Shown: piece after piece, positions 37,140 to 51,569 of the stretch | How positions within the stretch are numbered: the first letter of the stretch is position 1 | Layout of the letters: each line of letters opens with the position of its first letter | Assembly (NCBI RefSeq): GCF_036365525.1 | Contig: NC_090404.1 | Location: 9,982,001-10,046,000 of the forward strand | Reading direction: 5' to 3' | Source: Heterodontus francisci | Lineage: Eukaryota | DNA length: 64,000 nt | The notes under the pieces: generated by a model | Told to the model about the DNA's origin: nothing | Database searches by the model: none | The model's input: only the letters and a program-made list of their open reading frames with translations | Translations under genes and position numbers: made by a program

Positions 37140-39660
37140 CTACGGGATGCAGAGGAGAACATATATTTAGGTTGTTTATTAATTCAGGATGTAAGATTGT
37201 TATTTTACATTCCAAGATTTCCTCATTCAGCAATCTATCTCTGTTACTACCTCCACAGCTGTTCTTCCTTTATGGTCCTCATCCAGGCCGTGTTGGAGGA
37301 CATGTCAGATTTTTTTTCTTCAGTGTCCGGCGCTATTTTATTTTGGATCAGTTGCGTTCTATCATCAAGGATGATTATGGTGAGATATCAAGGGAGGTTT
37401 ACTGATCGATAACAATTATTTTGAAGATAGGTTCAGATAGCTACTTATTTGGATAGTGTCAATGGTTCTGCGTAAGAGATCGAATGTGAGTTCCAATCTT
37501 GTTTGTTCATTTGTGATGAAAGTGGTTGGTAAATCATTGATTTATCTCAGTTTCTAAGTGAGAACATTGTTTCATTGTGATTACAGGTTCAACATGCAAT
37601 AGGCAAATTGTTGGAGACGCTGTCTGTTCAAATAGTGTATTTGAATTCTGCTTTCGTCTATGGTCTGGAGTTTTTGTTTGTGCGCTTTAGTGCGTGTGTA
37701 TGTGTGTATGAACATCTCTTGCTTTGCATTACTCTGTGTTTGTGCATCTATGTGTGTATTTGAGTGTTAATGGGTGTGTTTATTTGTTTGTTTGGATACC
37801 CAAGAGTAAATGTATTAATGTGTTTATTTATATGTTGATGGCTGTGTGTATGTGTCCATGTAGGTTAATGTGTGTTAATGTGCCAATGTGTATTGATATG
37901 TGTATCGAAATGACCGTGTGTGTGTGTGTGTCGTGTGTGCTTGTGTATGTGTATTGTGTCTACCCGTGTGTTTATGAGCGTAGTAATATTTATTTATGTG
38001 TGTGTTTCTGTCCCCCGGAGTTTATTAATCTGTGCTTCTCTGTTGCTGGATGTGTTTATGTGTCACTGTAATTTAATGTGCGTTTATATGTCAATGTGTG
38101 TATATGGGTATGTTGATGTGTTTGTTTATGTGTGCTTGTGCCCCGTAAGTGTGATAATGTGTGTGTTTATGTATTGATGTCTACGTTTATGTATTAATAC
38201 ATGTGTTAATATGTGATTATATGTACATGTATGCTAATATATGTGTTTATGTGCGTGTTTGTGTGTCAGTATTTTAATATTGGTGTTTATTTGTGTGTGA
38301 TTGAATGTGTTAATTTGTCTATCTGTCTATGTGTTTGTGTGAACCTGTGAGAGTCTGTTAATGTGCGAGCATGTGCGTCCATGTATGTGCATTAATGTGC
38401 ATCCTAGTGTGTGCATCTATGTCTATGTTCCTATGTATGTGAGCCTGCACTAAGGTGTGTGTTTATGTTTATTTTGTGTGTGTGACTGTGGTAGCATTTG
38501 TATCAGTGTTTGGGTCTTCTCGTGTGTGTAGGTGTATGTGTGTGGTTGTGCATGTGAGTGTGTTTCTGTGTGTGTTTGTGTCCGTGTGCTTGCGCAGTTT
38601 TGTTATTTTTCAACGTTCCACAGAGAACCAATATGCGGGTCTGTCTTTGACGATGCGCATTGTAGAGAACATTCTTCACTGTTCTGTGTATAAATGTGTT
38701 CATTGCGAGATGCAATGTGACATCAGCTGAATGCATGCAGCAGTGCAACTGGCGGGCCTCAGAAATGTCAGGAACACAAACGTGAAAAAACAGAGGAGCA
38801 TTCCATCACCAGTTAGATTTGGACGATTAGAATTCAATCAGTTTGAATAAGATTAACTGGGCAAAGTTTTAAAATATTATGTTGCATGCATATATATATA
38901 TTACAATATGATTCCCATGTGGAAAGCCTAAAATCTTCGCAAAGTGAACTAAAAGCCGCCATTGTACTGATGGCAATTGAGTCCATATAACAGAGAGCAG
39001 TTGCCATCCAAACTCTCTGCCGGGGTAGTGGTAGAATAGTGAGTTAACAAACGCCTTCGCTCATTTCTCTGTTGGAGAAAATGGGGAGAGGAGCTACAGT
39101 CGGTTCGCATTTGCCTTTGCCTTCTGTCTATTGGAGAACTGGAGTTACAATGGGTTAACTATTGTCCTTTCCCTCTCTGTTGAGGAAGTTGGGGTACAGC
39201 GGGTTGATAAATTGTCTTTTCCCCTCTTTCTGTTGGGTGATTTTGGATATTGTTGACTTTCGTGTGTGGCCCTCACTTCAGTTCCCAGTGCTTCGTGTGC
39301 TGCAACTTAAAACTGACCCCAATTCTGAAAGGATGCACAACATGAGAAGCAGAGACACCGAGCTCTAAATATGCTGCTTTTGTTTGGTAGAAAAGGAAAA
39401 ATTGCAGATTTCCCAAGCGATGGAATCCTGTAATTAATCAGCTTTTCTTTGTCGCTAACCTGTGGTGTATCTGAGCTGAGAGCACTGGTTCGACAAGGCT
39501 TGGGCCCGAGACCTGCCAATAACCTACTTTAGATGAATAGACCTGCCCTTAGCAAATGTGGGAAGCAAAAGTAATTGACCGGTTTTGTGTTTAATTCGTG
39601 ATTGGAAGAAAAGGTCTTTATTGGTTTTTATGTAAGAATTGAAATGCAATCGAGAGATTC

Positions 39661-40044
39661 TCATTGACATGAATTAACAGTGTCCAACAGTGCAAGGGAA
39701 ATGTTCACAAAACTCGGTTTACCGCTGGATTTATTAACTGTTCTGTTGATGATCTTCAAGGGGATCGCTTCATGTCCCACCACACAGGAGTAAGAAGCGC
39801 CGCTGGCCCACTCCTCCGCTGCAATGGATAACAGGCTGTAGATGAAGAAGGACCTATTGTCGTTCTCCGCCATCACCTCAGTGTTCTTGTAGTTACCGGG
39901 ATTCACCATTGACGGTCCACTTGACGAAGATCTCTCGGGGAGAGAAACCTCTCACTAAGCAGGTGAGGGAGAGGAACCTCTGAGCGGAGACATCTTCTGC
40001 CGGGGGCAGGAGGACAGACACGGACGGTTCCCGCAGATCTTTAA
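39661..40044 (-). pseudogene. IGHM: IgM CH4 plus secretory tail (cluster B) with an 8-bp deletion
   Basis: 384 nt vs 392 in cluster A; gacaagtc missing near 39908, giving WTVNGESR*. Confidence 0.93.
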
Positions 40045-40531
40045 CTGCAGAAAAATTAAAATTAATGTCAATAAACTGGAGAATTCCAGAGACAATGAAA
40101 CCGGTGGTTAGATGTGAGAGGAATAGTGCTTTGTGCTGAATTTTAAAGGTTTTCCTTTTCTCCTCTGGGGCCTGCCCTGTTTCTCAGCTCGGAGCAGAGG
40201 CGGATGCAATCCTCCTCGCCGAGAACTTAAAGATTAGACTGGGAAATTACATAGAACTTACAGCGCAGGAACAGACCATTTGGCCCATCTAGTCTGTGCT
40301 GGTGTTTATGCTGCAGATGAACCTTCTCTACCTTACTTCATCTCCTTCTAGTCCTTTCTCCCTAACTACCCTTTAAATATATCACCTTTGGTTCCAGTGG
40401 GTTTTGTTAATGGAATTACAATTAAATTATCAGAGTAATCAATTACATCACTTAATAGGACGAATTATCCCTTGCACAAGTAGAGGAAATAAGCACAACT
40501 TCTCCCTTTTGGCTTCAGTCTCTCCGCTCAC

Positions 40532-40840
40532 CTTCTTCCTTGTGGATGGAATCTCTGAGAGGAGTCGGCAGATCCTGATGGCTCACCACACAGTAGAACA
40601 CAGCCCCACTCAGCCAGGCTTGTGTCGAGATGTTTACGGTGCTGATCACACTGTCGGGATCCTCTCCGGGTTGGACGGCAATCTCTGATTTCAAAGGCTT
40701 CTTTTCTTGGGCCCAGGACACGTTGATGCCATATGGAGCATTAGACACGACGCAGGTTAAGGTCACCGTCGCTTCCAATAAGACCTGTTCTATTGATGGT
40801 TGTAGCAGAGTAATCACGGGATCTGAGCATGAAGGATCAA
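40532..40840 (-). pseudogene. IGHM: IgM CH3 exon (cluster B; exon intact)
   Basis: [38 protein letters not shown]; canonical splice sites; 309 nt. Confidence 0.93.
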
Positions 40841-41139
40841 CTGTGAAACAGAAATGAGAGTCAACCAAAGCTTCTTCAGAATCAGGACACCAGTATTCAA
40901 TCTCTCAAGGAGAATATATCACCTTTAAGATATCAGCCCCTCTCCGTTGTGTAAACGCCATCGTTATTTGAAGAACAATGACTAGACAACGAGTCTGGGA
41001 GGCTCTTTAACATTTTCTGCACATTTTCACCCAGGGCCCCTTATAATGACTGTGAAGCATATTCTCGGCATAACAATTTAAATAAATTAACGTACAATTG
41101 TGTGACGCTTTGAATAATGCTCATCCGGTTGATGGAATC

Positions 41140-42090
41140 AGAGAAGCATAGAATGGTTACAGCACAGAAGGAGGTCATGCGGCTCTTCATATCATGCCAG
41201 CTCCCTGAAAGTGCAACTCAGCTTGTCCCACTCCCTTGCGTTTCCTCTGGAGTGCTGCATGTTTTTCTCTGTAGACAATTAACTAATTCCCTTTTGAAAG
41301 CCGCGTCTGAAACTGCCTGCACCATACTCTCAGGCAGAAAATTCCATATCCTAACTACTCGCTGCACAGAAACGTTTTCCTCGTGTCGCCTTTGGTTCTT
41401 TTGCCATTCAGCCGAAATTGGTGTCCTCTGATTCTCGACCCTTTCACCAACGGGAACAGTTTCTCCCTATCTACTCTGACTATACCCCTCATGATGTTGA
41501 ACCTTCATCAGATCTTATGTCGACCTTCTCTTCTCTCGGGGGAACAGCCCCAGCTTCTCCAATTTATCCACATAACTGAATTCCCTCATCCATGGAACCA
41601 TTTTCATAACTTTTGCACACCCTCTCTAATGCCTTCACAAACTTCCTGAAGTGTGATGCCCACTACTGGGCACTATACCCCAGTTGTCGCTCAGCCAGTG
41701 GTTTATAAAGGTTCACCATAGCTGCCTTGCTTTTGTACTCTATACCTCTATTTATAAAGCCCATGATCCCGTCTGACTTACTAATTACTTTCTTAACCTA
41801 CCCCTGTCACGTTCAGAAATCTGTGCACATATCCACCACCGGTGTCTCCTGCACCCCCTTTAGTATTGTATCCTTTATTTTATATTGTCTCTTCTCGTAC
41901 TTCAGACCAAAATGTATCACTTCACATTTCTCTGCATTAAATTTCATTTATTATGTGCCCTCCCTTCCCATCAGCCTGTCTATGTCCTCGTCAAGTCTAT
42001 CATTATCCTTTTTACATTTCACAATGCTTCCAAGTTTTGTGGCATTCAGAATTTTTGAAATTTTGCCCTGTAAACCCAGGTCTAGCTCAT
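41140..42090 (-). mobile_element. Degenerate CR1 3' fragment
   Basis: Reverse strand FNAEKCEVIHFG motif and CR1 tail. Confidence 0.7.
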
Positions 42091-42679
42091 TCATATTACA
42101 CATTTATTCCTATCTATCGATTCTTGTGCCTAATGCATCTCTGTTGATTATAATGGATCCGTGCCTTCTGTCCAGAGCTATGCAAACAAATTACGCTGGT
42201 TCAAAACGTGTGTCAAACAAAATCCAGAATTTTAAAAGCAACAGGAAATAAAGTTAATTTTGGATGCCTTTTTGGATTTTTGCGGCGATGGAGATGTGCA
42301 GGAACCAGTCGCAGCCTCAGTTAGAGCAGAAGTGAAAGGTGGAGAATGGTGTTCCAAGGAGTCATTTGTGGTGTAAGGTAGTTTGTCATGGCGACATAAG
42401 GGAGTTTAGCAATCTGCCATTAGTGATCATTTCTTGTGTGTCAGGCTAGTGAGAGAAACTCTGAAGGAGATATGACCGCAGGGCAGTAGTAGGAAAATAG
42501 GAACAGGAAAGGGCCATTCTGCCCTTCGAGCAACTACCAGTAAAGATTTGCAGACACCTGCTGCCACTCCGAATATGATCAGCCAATTTAAGGTAAAACT
42601 GAGGCCAATAACCCCTCACTCACTGTCCAACATCAGACCAAAAGGACACCTTATTTAGTAAGGTTTGGAATACTGAACC

Positions 42680-43190
42680 CTGAGGATCTCTGATTCAGAA
42701 AAATGAGAGTTCAATTCCCACTCCAGATATTTGAAGACAAGTGTGAGCTGACACGTGCAATGCAGTACAGAACGAGTACTGTATTGTGGGAGGGGTTGAC
42801 TTTGGGATGAGATATTAAACTGAGGGCCGGTTTTCACTTTCAGTTGGACATAAAGTTCCCACGGCACGAACTGGAATAAAACCAGGAGTGTTCCTTCAGT
42901 TGCAAAAGCAAAACACTGCAGATGCTGAAAATCTGAAATAAAAACAGAAAATGCTGGAAATACGCAGCAGGTGTGTCTGTTTCCTGGTCAACATATATCA
43001 CTCAACAAACATGACGAAACCAAAACATCTGCTCAGTGTCATGATGCTGTTTCTGGCAGCTTGCTTATGAAGGGACTGGCTGTATAATTTTATACATTGC
43101 TACAGTGATTGCATTTCAATAGTAATTCAATGGCTGTCACATGTTTTGGGACAATCTGAGGTCGATAAAGCCGTTGTATAAAGGAAAGTC
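42680..43190 (+). mobile_element. Deu-domain SINE (SacSINE1/AmnSINE-like) interrupted by a short Penelope-end fragment
   Basis: ggatgagatattaaactgaggg.. Deu-like core, recognised from memory. Confidence 0.55.
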
Positions 43191-43249
43191 TTTATTTTGC
43201 TCTTATATTGGAAGGAAACATAAACGATATTATTGGGCAGTAGAGGCGA

Positions 43250-43625
43250 GACGGCGGCATAGTGGCAATGTCACTGAACTAGTAATCCAGGCGCCCAACC
43301 TAATGCCCTGGCAACATGAGCTCAAATTCCACAATTGCAGCTGGAGGAATTTAAATTCAATTAATTAATAAATATCTGGAATTGAAAGTTTGTCTCACTA
43401 GTGGTGCTATGAATCTATAATCCACCTGGTTTACGAATGTCCATTAGGGAAAAAATATGCCATTCTACCTGCTCTGGCTTACATGTGACTCCATACCTGC
43501 AGCAATGTGGTTGACTCTTAACTGCCCTCTGAAATGCCATAGCACGTCATTCAGTTGTCAAGGACATTAGGGATGGGCAATAAATGCTGGTCTTGCCAGT
43601 GACGCCCACATCTCATGAAAACATT
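43250..43625 (+). mobile_element. tRNA-derived SINE with LINE-like tail
   Basis: ggcggcatagtggcaatgtcactg head; agggatgggcaataaatgctgg..gacgcccacatc tail resembling the LINE end at about 12520-12565. Confidence 0.6.
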
Positions 43626-43725
43626 AAATAATTGTGGGCTTTGGCATAATTTCAACAAAAATTTTTGCTTTGACTAAATTTGGCGCTCAGAATGTTCTCG
43701 AACTTTTCAGGTTTGTGTCTCTTAC

Positions 43726-44037
43726 CCGGAGAACCGGTGATGTTTCGGCTTTGGGTGAACTCTTGATGAGAGACCTGGCAGGTATAGACCGTGTTGGTGA
43801 ACCATTCCCCAGCGGGGACTGTCAGCCGACTGGTTGCTGAGAAGTTCCCGTTCGCTTCACAGGCGGGAGAGGTGACGAAGCCCGAATCCATGGGTTGTCC
43901 ATCCTTCAACCAACTCACGGTTATTGACTCTGGATGGAAATCGATGATTGAACACATGACAGTTGCAAATCTGCTGCTTGTGATTTCTTGCCTGGAACTC
44001 TGGGTGAGGATAACAGTTGGATGATATGCCACACGAT
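43726..44037 (-). pseudogene. IGHM: IgM CH2 exon (cluster B; exon intact)
   Basis: ttgtag|(D)[47 protein letters not shown]|gtaag. Confidence 0.93.
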
Positions 44038-44750
44038 CTACAAGAAAATACATATCATTGGGATTTAATTTTGTTGAAATTCAAACAATTAACAACTATG
44101 GAGCGTTTTACATAGAATCTACAAATCAGAAACAGACCATTCGGCCCAATTGTTCGATGCTGGAGATTATGCTCCCCAGGACCGTCCTCTCACCCCAATT
44201 CTTCTCTATTCCTTTTTCCCTCATGTACCTATCCAGCTTTTTAAAAAAAAAATGGTATTCGCCTCAGTTGTGGTACGTTCCACATTCTGGGCACTCTCCC
44301 GGAAAAGAAGCTTCTCCTGAATTCTCTGTTTGTTTGGTCATTATGTTACATATATGAACTCCCGTTTGGGTCTAACCTATCAATCTCGTTAACAATTTTG
44401 AAGACATCTATTCGGTCACACCTCAGCCTAGGGAATAGACCACCAGCCTATTCATTAGTTGATGGTTATGATCTCTCAGTTCTGTAATTGTCATCGTTTG
44501 TATTCGTTCTCCAGTGCCCCCACATCATTCTCCTAATATGGAGATTAGAGTTGCATTCAGTACACTAAGTGCGACATGGAGACTAGAAGTATGCATGGTT
44601 CGTGAAGTGTGATATGAAGACCTGAAGTATACACAATAGTCCAAGTCTTGTTCAACCAATTGTGTCTAGAATTTGAGCATAAATTCTCTCGTTATCACAG
44701 GTCCGCACCCACATCCCACACTGCCGACTCCTCTATCCCGCAACACTAAC

Positions 44751-45051
44751 CTAGAATTTCCTTGATCCACAGCAATTCTCCGCGTCGAACCTCGCAGTAG
44801 ATTTTGCTGCCTTCCACCTCTGACTCGGTGGATGGTTAACTGGCTGCTCAGGGTGTAGGTTCCCTTCTTGTTCAGCACTGCCGGGTATATCTTCACTCCA
44901 GTGGTTATCGGCTCCTGATCCTTCTTCCAGGACATGCTGGTGATTTCGGGGGTGTAGTCCATCGCCAAACAGCCATAGGTTACGGAGCCGTCGGTGTTCC
45001 GTTGTTCACAGCAAGAGTGCAAGGCGTAGAGGGTGGGGGGAGACAGTGTCG
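44751..45051 (-). pseudogene. IGHM: IgM CH1 exon (cluster B) with +1 frameshift
   Basis: [37 protein letters not shown], extra C at 44830/1, then [26 protein letters not shown] in the shifted frame; 301 nt. Confidence 0.92.
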
Positions 45052-47069
45052 CTGGGAATGAACAGGCATTTTAACAAGTTAGAATCTGCGACCGGTGCTT
45101 ATAAAATAAACAAAGAAGTCGAAGTTTGACTACAGGTATAAAATAATTCCAAGGTTTTCCGATTAGACCCTATTTTTATGAGCAGGTGGACCCGATGTTA
45201 AACGCCTTCATGTATCTCCAGTCTTGTATGTAAGAGAAGGCACGAGTGCAAAACGGTTATTCTGTCCATGAGGCCCCTTTCGACAGTGTGATTGGCGGAA
45301 TAATATACCTGGACTTCCTGCAGCTCTTGATCCCTGTTGAGGAACACTGCCTTATAACCCAATCGATTTCACATGAGATCTTCCACATTATGCCCAGTGA
45401 TCTCCTCCCTCCATCCGTTTGCTATCAACCTCTTATTACCAGCATAAAGTTGGACTATTTCATGATAATAAAATATAGCCATCATTCCCTTTAGAAACGG
45501 TGCCATAAAATTTACCTCTTAGACCAAGCTTTTGCTCAACCGTCCTAATATCACCTTATGTGGCTGAGTGTCGGTTTTTGTCTAATTACTCTGCTGTACA
45601 TCGTCTTCGAACTCTTTACTACATTAAAGACTCTATATTAATGCACGTGTTTGTGGTTTTCAGGGGATACACTTCTTTGAATTACAGCAGCATTGGTTTT
45701 CCTAATCATGCAAGTCTTAACGGTTGATCTACTGTTTTTGTTCCTTTAAACCAAATTGCAACATGTTTATGAAGCATAACTCAGAATCATGAAATGATAG
45801 AACTTTATAGCACAAGAAGAATGTCCTTAGGCCAATCACTAACTAATAGCTAAGAACATCCAATGTTCTTTGAAAAGCTCCATTTTATCAAGCTGCTTTG
45901 GATTCTCTTCGCAACATTCTTTCTGGTAAGACATCCCAGATCCTACAACCCATGTGTAGGAAAAAAGATTCATACCCTCTCAATTCATATTTTTCCTGCT
46001 GATTTTGAAACAGTTCCCTCTACTTAACACCTCACAGAACTGGGGAAACATGCTTCCCGAATTCCTGTATAAAACCCTTCATAATTCTAAACCCCTCTAT
46101 CAGACCTCATCTTAACCTGCTTTGTTCCCTTGTCAATAAAGGGCTTTGACAATAAATGGTTGAACTCTTCTTCAAAATGTGGACTGAATAATTTACGGCA
46201 CAGATTTCAATAGGAGCCTTTGCATCCACTAATTCCTAAGTTACAAGCTTTCGATGGCTCAAGATTAATTCGTGTCTGCTTATTTCCTTATGAGTGTTTG
46301 AGGAGGAGAGCTGCAGTGTGACTTGTCCCATTTCCAGTCTAATGAATAAATACTTCCTGCGTTTCCCCTTCATGCTCACCCAATTAAATAATCCGAATTG
46401 AACATTATTCTCAAAATCGGTTAATTGGAGTTTCTTCTTGAAACAGTCCATTTTATTTTCCAAAGAATGTTGCAATTTACCACCACTGGCACGATACGCT
46501 GCTTTCAGAGTCGCTACAGTCACCCCTTGTTGCTGTTTATACCGAGCATGATCTGAATTTCTGGATAGGTTTCTTTTCTAATGCAATTCCTTAAACATTA
46601 TAAAACGATTGGATATTGGCGGGTTCTATGAAAAGAAGGATAGAAAATGGGATAGAAGTTCATCTCGGGCGGTATTGGACAGTCGCCCATATACGCAGCG
46701 CCTAATAGTTTACTCCATTGACTGCAATGGAATTGAATATCAGAAACTGCATATAGCAGGTGGTCGATCCGATACCTCTCGTTTTACACCACTGACCGAG
46801 TCGAATTTCTAGCCTATGGACTTTCAAATAGCATTTCCTGAAGTGCCTGAAAAGACTTACTCCGGAAATAATCATTAGGATTAAAGATTCAAAGCTAAAT
46901 AGGATTTGTAATTCGTTGAAGGAGATGAGACAGCGCATCCCCTCTTGGTGAACGCATGTGTTTCTGACGAGAGAGAAGTATGCAATGGAGTCCAAAGGGA
47001 GTTGATGACTTTTTCTGACTTTGCACATAGATTGTGCTGTAAATGATTCTAAGTCTCTTTATTAATTAA

Positions 47070-47970
47070 CTTTTACAGGGCGTACAATTTGCAAGTTCAC
47101 AGATGATGTAAAACTTGCCAACATAGTAAATAATGCCAGACTTCAGGAGAACATAGATGGAACGGTGAAATGGGCAGATTCATGGAGATGTAGTTTTACA
47201 CGGAAAATTATGAATTGATTCAACGTGGCGGAACAACATGAGAGGTAGTGCAACCTAAATTGTACTATTTGAAGGCCGTGCTATAGCACAGGGACTTGGG
47301 GCAGGGGAGGGGTGGGGGGGGGGGTGTGTGGGATGGGGTGCATATTCACAGATTTTTGAAGTTGGCACAGTAAGTTGATAAGTCTGTCAAGAAAGCACAT
47401 GGGATATTCGGTTTAGTAAATAGGGACAACGAATACAAAAAAAATGCTATCATATTAAATATTTGCAAGTTACAGGTTCGGCCTCAGCTGGTGTAATGTG
47501 TACAATTCTGGGCACTACACTTTAGGAAGGAAGTCAAGGTCTTTGACAGGGTGCAGAGGATGTTTTCTAGGATGATCCAAGGAATGAATAACTTCAGCTA
47601 CGCTGTGAGATTAGAAAAGCTGGTATTATTCTCTTTCGAGCAGAGAAGCTTAACAGGATGCATAATGAATGTATTCAAAATGGTGACAGTTTTTGATGGA
47701 GCAAGTAGGGAGAAACTGGTTCATCTGCCAAGCAAGTCGGTATCCAAAGGCCGCTGATTTAAATTAATAGGCAAACGAGCTAGAACAGAAAAGAGGATAA
47801 CTTTTTGATTTAGAGAGATCTTCAGTCTTGGAATGCACCAGACAAGTCGACATAACTCGAGGAAGGCTAATTTGCAGGGTTATGGGAAAAAATTTGGGAC
47901 GGGGGACTTAATTGTCAGATCTTCCAGAGCTGGCACAGGCACGACGGGCCGAATTGCTTCATTCCCTGCT
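47070..47970 (+). mobile_element. Degenerate CR1 3' fragment
   Basis: KFTDD, VQRMFSRMIQGM..RLEKL. Confidence 0.7.
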
Positions 47971-48076
47971 CTGAGATTTTGGTTAATTTGAACACCTCTA
48001 TCAGATCTATTTTATAGTTTGTAATATGAAAGATGTTTGAAACTAAAGGATTTGAGGAATATGACGCAAATATTAC

Positions 48077-50285
48077 AAAGAACAAAGAACAGTACAGCAC
48101 AGGAACAGGCCCTCCAAGCCTGCACCGATCTTGATGCCTGCCTAAACTAAAACCTTCTGCACTTCCGGGGACCGTATCCCTCGATTCCCATCCTATTCCT
48201 GTATTTGTCAAGATGCCTCTTAAACGTCATTATCGTACCTGCTTCCACCATCTCCCCCGGCAGCAAGTTCCAGGAACTCACCACCCTCTGTGTAAAGAAC
48301 TTGCCTCGCACATCCCCTCTAAACATTGCCCTCTCACCTTAAACCTATGTCCCCTAGTAACTGACTCTTGCACCCTGGGAAAAAGCTTCTGACTATCCAC
48401 TCTGTCCATGCCATTCATAACTTTGTAAACCTCTATCATGTCCCCCCTCCACCTCCGTTCCAGTGAAAACACTCCGAGTTTATCCAACCTCTCCTCATAG
48501 CTAATGCCCTCAAGACCAGGCAACATCCTGGTAAACCTCCTCTGTACCCTCTCCAAAGCCTCCACGTCCTTCTGGTAGTGTGGCGACCAGAATTGCACAC
48601 AATATTCTAAGTGTGGTCTAACTAAAGTTCTGTACAGCTGCAGCATGACTTGCCAATTTTAATACTCTATGCCCCGACCGATGAAGGCAAGCATGCCGTA
48701 TGCCTTCTTGACTACCTTATCCACCTGCGTTGCCACTTTCAGTGACTGTGGAGCTGTACGCCCAGATCTCTCTGCCTGTCAATACTCCTAAGGGTTCTGC
48801 CATTTACTGTATACTTCCCACCTGCATTAGATCTTGCAAAATGCATTACCTCACATTTGTCCGGATTAAACTCCATCTGCCATTTCTCCACCCAGGTCTC
48901 CAACCGATCTATATCCTGCTGTATCATCTGACAATCCTCATCACTATCCGCAACTCCACCAACCTTTGTGTCGTCCGCAAACTTACTAATCAGACCAGCT
49001 ACATTTTCCTCCAAATCGTTTATATATACTACAAAGAGCAAAGGTCCCAGCATTTATCCCTGCGGAACACCACTAGTCACATCCCTCCACTCAGAAAAGC
49101 ACCCTTCCACTGCTACCCTCTGTCTTCTATGACTGAGCCACTTCTGTATCCATGTTGCCAGATCACCTCTGATCCCGTGTGACTTCACCTTTTGTACCAG
49201 TCTGCCATGAGGGGACCTTGTCAAAGGTTTTACTGAAGTTCATATGGATATCATCCACTGCCCTTCCTTCATCAATCATCTTTATCACTTCCTCAAAAAA
49301 TGCAATCAAATTAGTGAGATATGACCTCCCCTTCATAAAACCATGCTGCCTCTCGCTAATAAGTTCGTTTGTTTCCAAATGTGAGTAAATCCTGTCCCGA
49401 AGAATCCTCTCTAATAATTTCCCTACCACTGATGTAAGGCTCACTGACCTATAATTTCCTGGATTATCCTTGCTACCATTCTTAAACAAAGGAACAACAT
49501 TGGCTATTTTCCAGTCCTCTGGGACCTCACCTGTAACCAATGAGGATGCAAAGATTTCCATCTAGGCCCCATCAATTTCATCCCTTGCCTCCCTTAGTAT
49601 TCTGGGGTAGATCCCATCAGGCCCTGGGGATTTATCTACCTTAATGCTTTGCAAGACACCCAACACCTCCTCCTTTTTGATAATGAGATGACTGAGACTA
49701 ACTACACTCCCTTCCCTTGGCTCATCATCCACCAAGTCCTTCTCTTTGGCGACAGGTTTAGATAGAGGATCTGGATCGGCGCAGGCTTGGAGGGCCGAAA
49801 GGCCTGTTCCTGTGCTGTAATTTTCTTTGTTCTTTGTTCTTTAATACGGATGGAAAGTACTCATTTAGTATCTCGCCCATTTTCTCTGGCTCCACACATA
49901 GATTCCCTTCTCTCTTCTTGAGCAGGCCAACCCTTTCCCTAGTTACCCTCGCTCTTTATATATGTATAAAAAGCCTTGGGATTATCCTTAATCCTGTTTG
50001 CCAATGACCTTTCATGACCCCTTTTCGCCCTCCTGACTCCTTGCTTAAGTTCCTTTCTACTGTCTTTATATTCCTCAAGGGATTCGTCTGTTTCTAGCCT
50101 TCCAGCCCTTACAAATGCTTCTTTTTTCTTTTTGACTAGGCTCACAATATCCCGTGTTATCCAAGGTTCCCGAAACTTGCCAAACATATCCTTCTTCCTC
50201 ACAGGAACGTGCTGGTCCTGGATTCTAATCAACTGACATTTGAAAGACTCCCACATGTCAGATGTTGATTTACCCTCATTCAGAC
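48077..50285 (-). mobile_element. CR1 LINE, 5'-truncated and frameshifted, with a small opposite-strand tail insert near 49750-49842
   Basis: Minus-strand ORFs with NYRSVSLTS, LGPLLFVVYINDL..KFADD, LVRPHLEYCVQFWSP. Confidence 0.9.
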
Positions 50286-51569
50286 CAGTGCAGAGGCTTA
50301 ACGATTATTGCGAATAACGGACAATTGAAGGTTGACTGTATTTCTTAAATGTTTCACAGAAATATACTTCAGCGACATTGTGCCTTGTGTTGTGAGTCAG
50401 TCCAACAACTGCATCTCACTCGAGATTGTCCCTGCACGTTACCTTCAAAAAATAACAAAATAATGGTTTTAAACTTGGGGCTCCCATGATGGTTATTAGG
50501 GGTGGTAGTCTCCACATTCTCCACTTAAATTGTCAAATTAACTCCAGTCTCCTATCAGATCAGGAACAGGCTCTGATCTCTGGATCGTTACAGCCACTTG
50601 CTGAAAATGTCTGTTCTGAAAGTGCATTCAATAACAGAGCGGACTCATTCAATAATTATCTGTTGTTCAAAATGCTTAAATAATTAAAATTTGGAAAGAA
50701 TCATTATCAGAAAGAATTCCAAAATCAATAAATTTGCTTTTTTTATCCGGGTTGTCGGAAGGTTTATGTTAATATATCTGGCTCGAGGACTCGCAGTTCA
50801 TTGGTTAGTTGTTTTATTATTATTCGTTCGTGGGATGTGGGCATCGCTAACAAAGTTTCGATGGCACCGTCCAAACCCGTGACCTCCACCACCTAGAAGG
50901 ACAAGTGCAGATTACGTTTATGGTTTCTTGAACACTGCCTGACCAAGTATTCTCAGGTTAAATACAGCACAAGTAAGATAGATAAAAACATCGTCTGCAT
51001 TACCTGTCAGGTCAGGTATAGAAAGGGTTGAATGCAGAGCAATAGTCTCTTAGGTACTGCGGGTCAGATACAGCAAGAGTTGTATACCGTTTTACACGAG
51101 ATCAGACTCAACACGGGTTATAGGGGAAATACAGCTCCCGATGCACTGCCAGGTCAAATTTTCACGGTTCACATACATAAGAAGGAACGTACAGAGTAAA
51201 ACTGCCCACCAGAGACAGTGAGGCCAAATTAAACTCGGTATCAATGCAAAATAAAACCTAGTCCGATGAAACACTGCCAGCTTGAGTACAAAACAGTTTC
51301 GATACATCATAAAGTTCACTTCAAAACGTCCCGGCATATTCCCCAGGTTAGTTATAGCACCATTATATACACAGTAAATCTGTCCTTTACACGGCTCTAT
51401 CAAACTGTTCCAGCTCATCCACAGCATCGATTAGATCAGGATAAATCTATATGCAAGTTGCCAAACCAACCACTGTCCTTTTAAAGAATGGATGAAATAC
51501 ACAGGGGGAAAAGCCTCCCGATAGACTGTCCCATCAACACTTCCAGGGCAGGGTTAGATACGGAGGAAA

